Part shown: in pieces, positions 1 to 6,920 of the stretch | Layout of the letters: each line of letters opens with the position of its first letter | Numbering within the stretch: position 1 is the first letter of the stretch | Assembly: GCA_051866635.1 (NCBI GenBank) | Contig: JBJDXJ010000019.1 | Coordinates: 1-59,145 of the forward strand | Reading direction: 5' to 3' | DNA from: Clostridia bacterium | GTDB lineage: Bacteria; Bacillota; Clostridia; UMGS1883 | DNA: 59,145 nucleotides | Position numbers and translations under genes: made by a program | Notes under the pieces: generated by a model | Told to the model about the DNA's origin: nothing | Databases searched by the model: none | The model's input: the letters and a program-made list of their open reading frames with translations, nothing else

Positions 1-125
1 GGGTTATACCCGAAAATGAAATACCACCCGCTATTGCGGGTGGATATTTATTGTTGTGAATTGATAATGCCAAAAGTGCGTATTTGCATTGTTCCGATAA
101 AAGCGGAAATATTATTCCGAAAGGG

Positions 126-154
126 TTGATATTGTTCCGATAAAGGGGTATAAT
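126..154 (+). promoter_or_regulatory. sigma-A promoter of HTH-Fic gene
   Basis: TTGATA(126-131)-17 nt-TATAAT(149-154); TTCCGA repeats at 92, 115 and 135. Confidence 0.7.
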
Positions 155-170
155 ACTCTTGAAATGAGGG

Positions 171-1067
171 ATGAAAGTGTTTATTAGTGTAAAAGAGGCT
201 TCGGAGAAATGGGGGATATCTGACAGAAGGATAAGAGTTCTTTGTGCGGAAGGAAAAATTCCCGGGGCGTATCAGGAGGGGAGAGGTTGGAAAATCCCCT
301 ATGATGCGACAAAGCCTTCTGACGGAAGATTTAAATCCAAAGAAAGCCTATTGAATATGATTGACAGGAAGAAAAAAGAGCTTGATACAAGAAGACCATT
401 GACCCAGGGAGAAGTAGAAAGACTTACGGAGCAGTTCGTTGTGGAATATACTTACAATTCCAATGCCATTGAAGGAAACACTCTGACGCTTCGTGAAACG
501 GATATGGTGCTTCGTGGGATTACTATTGACCAAAAACCGTTAAAAGACCACATGGAAGCGGTGGGACATAAAGAAGCATTTGATTTTGTGAGTCAATTGG
601 TGAAGGATGGTGCATCTTTAAGCGAAAATGTGATTAAACAGATTCATTATCTGGTGCTTGCTGATAAAAAGGATGACAGAGGCGTGTATCGACGTGTGCC
701 TGTTAAGATAATGGGGGCAAAGCATGAGCCTGTGCAGCCATATCTTATTGAGCCTAAGATGACACAGCTGCTTTGTGAATTCGAGAAGAGTGAGGAGCAT
801 ATAATAACAAAGCTTGCACGTTTTCATATTGAATTTGAGGGGATACATCCTTTTATTGACGGAAATGGAAGGACAGGCAGGTTACTTATTAACCTTGAGC
901 TTATGAAAGCGGGATTTCCGCCTATTGATATTAAATTTAGTGACTGCATGGCGTATTATAATGCTTTTGATGAATATTATGCTAAGCATAATCTGTCAGC
1001 GATGGAAAAGCTGTTTGCTGATTATGTGAACGAAAGATTGGATATGTATCTGGAAATTTTAGCGTGA
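171..1067 (+). CDS. HTH-Fic family protein (class II Fic; start may be GTG at 177)
   Basis: N-terminal excisionase-like HTH (SVKEASEKWGISDRRIRVLC); Fic motif HPFIDGNGRTGR; inhibitory motif SNAIEGN N-terminal to it. Confidence 0.9.
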   Translation: MKVFISVKEASEKWGISDRRIRVLCAEGKIPGAYQEGRGWKIPYDATKPSDGRFKSKESLLNMIDRKKKELDTRRPLTQGEVERLTEQFVVEYTYNSNAIEGNTLTLRETDMVLRGITIDQKPLKDHMEAVGHKEAFDFVSQLVKDGASLSENVIKQIHYLVLADKKDDRGVYRRVPVKIMGAKHEPVQPYLIEPKMTQLLCEFEKSEEHIITKLARFHIEFEGIHPFIDGNGRTGRLLINLELMKAGFPPIDIKFSDCMAYYNAFDEYYAKHNLSAMEKLFADYVNERLDMYLEILA

Positions 1068-1149
1068 AAAATCTAAAGAACGGACATAAAAAATGATAAC
1101 ATACAGGTTGATAAACTTGAATTTGCATTAGCATTATAGGAGTATTTAT

Positions 1150-1644
1150 ATGATAAATAAATTACATTTTGAAATGATAAAGCTATATAGTGGAGATATA
1201 AAAAGAATACAGCATTTCTGTAAGGTTCATAGCTATGCAAAACTGATTTCTGAAAAGGAGAACATTGATTCAGACACATTGTTTATTCTTGAAACAGCAG
1301 CATTAACGCATGATGTAGGCATTCATTACTGTGAAGAAAAATATGGCGATTGCAATGGAAAACTTCAAGAAAAAGAGGGACCGGCTATTGCAAAAAAGCT
1401 TTTGGCTGATCTGCATTTTGATGATCAAGTATCTGAGAGAGTTCAGTATCTTATTGCGCATCATCATACATATGATGATATAGACGGTATTGACTATCAA
1501 ATACTTGTAGAAGCGGATTTTATTGTGAATTTATACGAGGATGGACTATCAAATCAAGCTATAGAACATGCATATAAGAAAATTTTCAGAACAGATTCAG
1601 GAAAGACTATATGCAGAGAAATGTTTAATTTGAATTTGGATTAA
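1150..1644 (+). CDS. HD-domain phosphohydrolase
   Basis: H...HD (ALTHDVG)...HH...EAD pattern; GGAG RBS. Confidence 0.8.
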   Translation: MINKLHFEMIKLYSGDIKRIQHFCKVHSYAKLISEKENIDSDTLFILETAALTHDVGIHYCEEKYGDCNGKLQEKEGPAIAKKLLADLHFDDQVSERVQYLIAHHHTYDDIDGIDYQILVEADFIVNLYEDGLSNQAIEHAYKKIFRTDSGKTICREMFNLNLD

Positions 1645-1670
1645 ATTCCGGTTTATAAAGCAAATAGATG

Positions 1671-1703
1671 AGCCCTGTAATCGCAGTTGATTACAGGGCT
1701 TTC
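1671..1703 (+). terminator. intrinsic terminator
   Basis: AGCCCTGTAATC-gcagtt-GATTACAGGGCT followed by T's. Confidence 0.7.
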
Positions 1704-1806
1704 TATGTTATTTGCGTGTGGGTTTTACGTTTACGGCAGGGTTAATACGTGTTTTCCCAAAAACTTTTTGATGTTTTCACGGATAAAAATAAGAGCCTTT
1801 AAGCTC

Positions 1807-2136
1807 TTATTCTATGTGATTGCCGTTACGCATTACTTCCATAGTTGTGATAATGGCTTCTTTTTGTTGTGGCGTAAGAAAAACCCATAAATCAAAAACT
1901 TGCTTTAATTCGGGCGACAATTCCACCATTTCATGTTCTGCGAAGAATTGAGATAATGTAATTTTAAAACCATCGCAAATAGTTTTTAGGGTATTAAAAG
2001 ACGGTGTGGTGCCTCTGCGAAATATGTTGGTTAATGTTTCTTCGGATAAACCGCATTCCTTTGCAAGACGATATCTTGTCCATCCTCTTTCTGTTAAAAG
2101 TTGATTAAGTCTTTCATGTATATCCAAAACGTGCAC
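1807..2136 (-). CDS. XRE/Cro-family HTH transcriptional regulator
   Basis: RGWTRYRLAKECGLSEETLTNIFRRGTTPSFNTL HTH_3 pattern. Confidence 0.85.
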   Translation of the reverse strand: MHVLDIHERLNQLLTERGWTRYRLAKECGLSEETLTNIFRRGTTPSFNTLKTICDGFKITLSQFFAEHEMVELSPELKQVFDLWVFLTPQQKEAIITTMEVMRNGNHIE

Positions 2137-2255
2137 CTTCTTTCTGTAACTATTTTACCTTCTTTTGTAACAGTAAAATACACAAGCATTGCAATGTAAA
2201 TACAGCTATGATAAACTGTATTTGTATTACGAGGTAATGGTAAGGAGTGCTTGTT

Positions 2256-2731
2256 TTGAAAAGAAAGAGATGTTGTTTTGCGGGGCATAACGAAACGTAC
2301 GGTGATGAAGTTAAAGAGAAAATAAGGGTATTGCAATTAAGTTGATTGAGGAGAACGGAGTAACTGAATTTTGGACGGGGAATTACGGAGGTTTTGACAG
2401 GTGTGCTGCATTAGCAATAAGAGATGTAAAGAAAACATATCCACACATTAGGCTTGTACTTGTACTGCCGTATCTGACAAAGGCTGTGAGTGACTATAAA
2501 GAAGATTATTATGAAAAGTATGATGCAATCGTTATAGCGTATATGCCGGAGAAAACCCCTGCGAGGCTGAGGATAATAAAAGCCAATGAATATATGGTTG
2601 ATAATTGCGACTTTCTTGTTTGCAATGTGGAACACTCCTGGGGCGGCGCGGCAAAGACGATGGAGTATGCGGAGAGGAAGATAAGGGAAATTTGGAATTT
2701 GGTGGTGGGAAATAAATTTGATTGTTGTTGA
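2256..2731 (+). pseudogene. frameshifted DUF1273/YpsA-like SLOG-family protein
   Basis: AAGGAG RBS, TTG at 2256 gives MKRKRCCFAGH (typical SLOG/DUF1273 start) ending at TGA 2343-2345; the rest (G.GGFD, IIKANEYMVDNCD, GGAAKT) is in the 2342..2731 frame; shift lies between 2315 and 2342. Confidence 0.7.
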
Positions 2732-2756
2732 AATCTGTATGGATTAGTGTTATTAT
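2728..2756 (+). promoter_or_regulatory. sigma-A promoter of orphan ORF
   Basis: TTGAAA-17 nt-TATTAT with extended -10 TG. Confidence 0.6.
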
Positions 2757-2793
2757 GCAGTTAACGGATGTTGAAAAATGAGGTGGCAATCAA

Positions 2794-3468
2794 TTGGAAA
2801 ATAATTTTCTCGATTATCTAGATAGTGAGTATTCAAATACTACAGCGAAGAACAAACGCATAAAAGGTAAATATAGTTTTAGATTATATAAGGGCATAGA
2901 GCCGTTATGCATAAAAAGTAACAATAAATTTGTTTGTGTGAAAATGAATAAGACAAAAATACTGTTTCAACAAAAAGGAATTCTCACATATTTGTCAGAT
3001 AGTGATATAGTTTCAACAACAATGAATCTAGAACCAGAGTATTTTGATTTGCTGTTAAGCGGTTTTTCAAAAGTATATTTAAGTGCAAAAAACGAATTAT
3101 CAAAATTTGAATTTAAAATTGATGGAATTGTTTTTCAAGGCTATGGATTGCCATTTGTTGAAAGCAATTATTCTTTTAGTTTACATAGTGATGTTGATAT
3201 ATCAATTAATGAATTTATATTTATAATAAACTTGATAATTACAAAAGATATTTTATATGGAGAAAGCATAGAAGATAACACTGTATACAAACGAACAATG
3301 TTGAAATATAAATTATTAATTGAGTTCTATAAATTAGGTGATAAGAAAGCAGAAGAATACCTGACGTCTATGGGTTATCCGATAGAATTAGAGCTGCAAG
3401 AGGTGTTTAAAACTAAACAAAAGACTGTTGAAGTAAACAAATTATTTGCAAATTTGAAAATAGAATGA
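2794..3468 (+). CDS. hypothetical protein (224 aa) immediately upstream of the retron
   Basis: long AT-rich ORF, GAGGTGG RBS before TTG start, own promoter; no recognisable motif. Confidence 0.7.
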   Translation: MENNFLDYLDSEYSNTTAKNKRIKGKYSFRLYKGIEPLCIKSNNKFVCVKMNKTKILFQQKGILTYLSDSDIVSTTMNLEPEYFDLLLSGFSKVYLSAKNELSKFEFKIDGIVFQGYGLPFVESNYSFSLHSDVDISINEFIFIINLIITKDILYGESIEDNTVYKRTMLKYKLLIEFYKLGDKKAEEYLTSMGYPIELELQEVFKTKQKTVEVNKLFANLKIE

Positions 3469-3474
3469 TATAAT
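3446..3474 (+). promoter_or_regulatory. retron promoter
   Basis: TTGCAA(3446-3451)-17 nt-TATAAT(3469-3474) with extended -10 TG; predicted start ~3480-3481 matches the 5' end of the a1/a2 repeat. Confidence 0.8.
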
Positions 3475-3479
3475 GAACT

Positions 3480-3684
3480 GGGGCCTTAGTACGGCAAAAG
3501 CCACCTTATCGTTTAAGGTATGAGCAACTAGATTTTAGTTAAATTGGAATAACTCCGTTAAGATTTTGAAAATCAAAGCATGATTGATCCCAACCATGGT
3601 AAGTCGCGAGCTTCGCTCCTTACCAGAACGTGCTCAATCATGCTCCGATTCACAAAAAATTATATCCAATTTAAGTAAGGCCTC
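3480..3684 (+). ncRNA. retron msr-msd non-coding RNA
   Basis: terminal inverted repeat GGGGCCTTA(3480-3488)/TAAGGCCTC(3676-3684); unpaired G3489 in UUAG context; small hairpins 3493-3502, 3503-3519, 3526-3540; long msd stem with arms 3539-3548/3665-3674, 3577-3587/3634-3644, 3597-3603/3619-3625. Confidence 0.85.
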
Positions 3685-3704
3685 TCTTCTTTTGAGGTGG
3701 AATA

Positions 3705-4793
3705 ATGGAATATAAGTTTGAAGAAACAAATTATAGCATTGATTATAATATAATTTTTCTTTGTGGAGTTAAATTTAATAAGACCAATGATAACGACAAG
3801 CGCAATGTGTTAAAGAGGCATATAGAGACTCTTTCCGCACAAAACAGAGTTATCATTCTTGAGGAAAATTTTGTTTTTTCGAAACCGGGTAAAACAAAAT
3901 TAGCATATGATGATATATTTATGAAAAACTTATATGATGTTGAAACACTCACGTCTTTATTTTCAGACTCTATCATTATTGTCCATGAAGGCATTTCTAC
4001 TGGAACAGAATTGGGAATGTTTGCGTCTAATCAAAAATTAAGAGATAAGATATGCCTGCTTGTGCCGGATGAGTTTATTGTTGAGGAAAATAAGATTACA
4101 AGTTTCATTGAGTTAGCATTTCTTAGAGAACCGAGATTTATAGAGACTATTATATTTTATCCGCAAAGGAAAGCAGTAATGGTTTCGGACAATAAAGTGG
4201 ATTGGCATACTAATTTTCTGAATAATCAGATTGGTGAAAATTTGTCGACAAATATTGAAAAATTTGTTGCATCTAAGAAACAATCTGCCGGAATGGTCAG
4301 AATTAGGCAGGTGGTCTATGGTAATCCAAGCGTTAATCAAAATGATATTATAGAGTATAACTGGGATGAGGAGCGGAGACTAAATGTTTATGTTTCTTCT
4401 AAGTTGATATTACTGCATCTTATAGCTTTATTTTCATTGGATGAATTCAGACAACAAATTAGAGATGAAGGATCAATGGAGCAGCATGTTAGCGTGGTTC
4501 AAAATTTCTATGGAAAAGTTTTGCTGAATAGTATTTCAGAAAAAATAGCTCAAGGAGATTGCGAAACAATAAAAATAAAACTTAAAGATCATCAGGTAGG
4601 CTTTAGAGAAACTATAGCTTTTGCGCTATATATTCTACAGGCTATAAAATTTATAAAAATAGAACGGATAGATGATAGCGCATTGCACAAAATTATAATA
4701 ACCAAAGATTTAATGAGGATTTCTGGAAATTATAGTGGACTAATCTCAGAGATTAAGCCTTCTAAGTTTAGTAGGAGTTATTATGAAAACTGA
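3705..4793 (+). CDS. retron effector, NDT-like (St85/Eco1 RcaT-like) N-terminal domain plus probable winged-helix C-terminus
   Basis: IIFLCG at N-terminus and SDSIIIVHEGISTGTELGMF (NDT-fold ELG glutamate, codon 4008-4010); lies between ncRNA and RT, overlapping the RT start by 11 nt. Confidence 0.7.
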   Translation: MEYKFEETNYSIDYNIIFLCGVKFNKTNDNDKRNVLKRHIETLSAQNRVIILEENFVFSKPGKTKLAYDDIFMKNLYDVETLTSLFSDSIIIVHEGISTGTELGMFASNQKLRDKICLLVPDEFIVEENKITSFIELAFLREPRFIETIIFYPQRKAVMVSDNKVDWHTNFLNNQIGENLSTNIEKFVASKKQSAGMVRIRQVVYGNPSVNQNDIIEYNWDEERRLNVYVSSKLILLHLIALFSLDEFRQQIRDEGSMEQHVSVVQNFYGKVLLNSISEKIAQGDCETIKIKLKDHQVGFRETIAFALYILQAIKFIKIERIDDSALHKIIITKDLMRISGNYSGLISEIKPSKFSRSYYEN

Positions 4794-5724
4794 TTGTGAC
4801 ATTAAGACCCTATATATTAAAACGAAAAATAAAACAAGAAAAATATATACATATGTGAGTGAAGACTGCGAGTTGAAAAAGAAACATGACGGCATACTTG
4901 CATTTTTGAAAGAGAATTTTATTGAATCAAAATTTTCAAAAGCATATGTCTCGAGACAGTCTATATATACAAACGCAAAAGCTCATATGTATAATGATTT
5001 CTTTTTAATGCTGGATATTAAGGACTTTTTTGGCTCGATTAATCACAAAAGATTAATTGAAAAAATGTTTTATGAGTTGAATCGCATAGAGAGCAATGCG
5101 ATTACTAGAACAGAGTGTGCAAATATTGTGGAGGCGTGCAGTGTAAATAACGTAGGAATCCCGCTGGGTTTTATTACATCTCCTATTCTATCAAATATAT
5201 ATCTTAAAGAATTTGATGGAGTGTTGTATGGGGAGTTAAAAGGGCTCAATTTGGAAAACATGATTTATACTAGGTATGCGGATGACTTATGTATATCATT
5301 TAAAAAGGATTCAGAAGAGTGTGCGGATATAGATGGAATTTTTGCAAAAATAACTGAAATTGCTTCAACTGTTCTCAAGAGATATGGACTGAGACTGAAT
5401 GAGAAAAAGACTAGAGACTATTCTTTAGAGAATACAAATCATGTTAAAATTACAGGAGTGAATGTTACAAAGAATTCTGAAAATTATAGACGCTTGACAA
5501 TAGGAAATTCAATCAAAAACAAGTTGTTTTGGGATGCAATTGCATGTTATCAACAAAATACACGAGAACACAGAGAAGTATATAGAATAAAGGGGATGTT
5601 ATCTTTTGTATTATCTGTTGAGAAGAAGGATTATGATAAATGCTACTCAATCAAAATGGTTGAAATTTTGAGGAGATTAGGTTTTAGTAATTTAAAAGAA
5701 TTAATTGATTCACTAAAAGCGTGA
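4783..5724 (+). CDS. retron-type reverse transcriptase
   Basis: 313 aa; NAKAH (region X NAxxH), LDIKDFFGSI, GIPLGFITSPILSN, YTRYADD (5275-5286), KITGVNV (region Y VTG variant); no maturase or endonuclease domain. Confidence 0.92.
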   Translation: MKTDCDIKTLYIKTKNKTRKIYTYVSEDCELKKKHDGILAFLKENFIESKFSKAYVSRQSIYTNAKAHMYNDFFLMLDIKDFFGSINHKRLIEKMFYELNRIESNAITRTECANIVEACSVNNVGIPLGFITSPILSNIYLKEFDGVLYGELKGLNLENMIYTRYADDLCISFKKDSEECADIDGIFAKITEIASTVLKRYGLRLNEKKTRDYSLENTNHVKITGVNVTKNSENYRRLTIGNSIKNKLFWDAIACYQQNTREHREVYRIKGMLSFVLSVEKKDYDKCYSIKMVEILRRLGFSNLKELIDSLKA

Positions 5725-5734
5725 AACCGCAAAA

Positions 5735-5764
5735 AAGCGTCTGTAGCTCGTCTACAGATGCTTT
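5735..5764 (+). terminator. terminator closing the retron operon
   Basis: AAGCGTCTGTAG-ctcgt-CTACAGATGCTT hairpin just after the RT stop. Confidence 0.65.
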
Positions 5765-5892
5765 CGTGCTCTTTAAATCCGTTTAAATGAGTATGGATTG
5801 CTTCACCGAAATTACTTTTTCAAATTAATTGAATTTTGGACAGTAAATAAGGGACAAAATTGAAATTGTAACTTTTGGGATTTTGGGACGAT

Positions 5893-6171
5893 TTAAGCGA
5901 TTGTAAATGTAAAGTTAGGGCAGTCATTATGAATTTCTCCAAAAACCTCTAAAATTTCAATAATGCTTTCTTCTAAATCTTCGGGAACTGAATTTGCCCC
6001 TTTTATAATTATTGTCACTTTGTCGTAGCTTAAGGCGTAATCTTGACCAAAATCCCACAAAGCATCCAAGTTTTTTCCGTAATATTCAGGGAATTCTAAT
6101 GCGTTTTGAATGACCATATGAATGTCATAAATATATTTGCAATTAGAAAAATCTAATGTAACGGTTTGCAT
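5893..6171 (-). CDS. barstar-family RNase inhibitor (immunity protein)
   Basis: LEFPEYYGKNLDALWD barstar signature; GGAGG RBS. Confidence 0.9.
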   Translation of the reverse strand: MQTVTLDFSNCKYIYDIHMVIQNALEFPEYYGKNLDALWDFGQDYALSYDKVTIIIKGANSVPEDLEESIIEILEVFGEIHNDCPNFTFTIA

Positions 6172-6181
6172 AATAGTCCTC

Positions 6182-6726
6182 CTATAGTATCTCTATAAAT
6201 GTTTCATAATGATTGTATGTAACGAAAATTAAAACATCGTTGGAATATAGTATTCTTTCGTCATTTCTCCAACCATCTATGTAGTTTACATCCGCTTCAT
6301 ACCAAATGCGTCACTCTGCTTGAGAAAGTTTGCCTTTTTTGTTTTTGAATACTCCCCCGTAAATCATTTTGCCAGGAGCAACATCGTTCAAATTGCCGTG
6401 TTTAGGGTTCCACCCAATTTTTTTGCATCTTGTTTTGAAATGTAATAGCCGGGCAAAATTCGCTTGACTTTCAAATGCCAGTCGGCACCATTTGTGCCGG
6501 CATCGGTTGCAGTGCCTGCAATAAGTGCGTACATCATGGCAATTCGGCAACGACAGAAAAAGTGAACAGGTGGGTGTGGAAAAACTATTTCTCTTAATGC
6601 AAATACCTTTCCGTGATTGTTTTTGCAGATGATGCAGGTTTTATCATCAAGTATAGCTTTCCAATCTTTCCATTTTGAACTTTTATAAAATTTTTTTCCG
6701 TAATAATACCTCATTGTTGCATTCAT
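6182..6726 (-). pseudogene. MuF (phage head morphogenesis-like)-barnase ribonuclease toxin, frameshifted with an internal stop
   Basis: WKAILDDKTCIICKNNHGKVF...PPVHFFCRC (MuF motif), then LPGYYISKQDAKKLG, frameshift near 6415, WNPKHGNLNDVAPGKMIYGGVF, TGA 6311-6313, RIWYEADVNY..WRNDERILYSND..NHYETF to TAG 6182-6184 (barnase C-terminus). Confidence 0.85.
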
Positions 6727-6824
6727 GTAATTTATATATCACAAAGATTGGCAAATTACAGTAGTAACAAGTGGTATTATTTATACTCATTATATCATAT
6801 TGAAGAAGAAAGCACAACACAAAA

Positions 6825-6870
6825 GGGGCTGTAGTCAACCCGATTTAAAAAATCGTTTTGCTACAGCCCC
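6825..6870. repeat. 46-bp palindromic repeat (copy 1), likely recN terminator
   Basis: GGGGCTGTAG...CTACAGCCCC with inner CGATTT/AAATCG; reverse complement of 59093-59136 with one mismatch. Confidence 0.85.
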
Positions 6871-6920
6871 ATCAGTCATTTAAGTTTTGACAAAATTGTG
6901 TTTGTTCACATTTTTTGCAT

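Noticed and set aside
4783-5724. RT as a group II intron, DGR or CRISPR-associated RT
   Set aside because: Short protein, no maturase/endonuclease domain, no TR/VR repeat pair or cas genes seen; it has retron NAxxH/ITG motifs and an msr-msd RNA
6311-6424. Programmed -1 frameshift at A-AAA-AAA plus TGA read-through producing active toxin
   Set aside because: Two independent recoding events would be needed, and TGA is a normal stop in many genes here; decay is simpler
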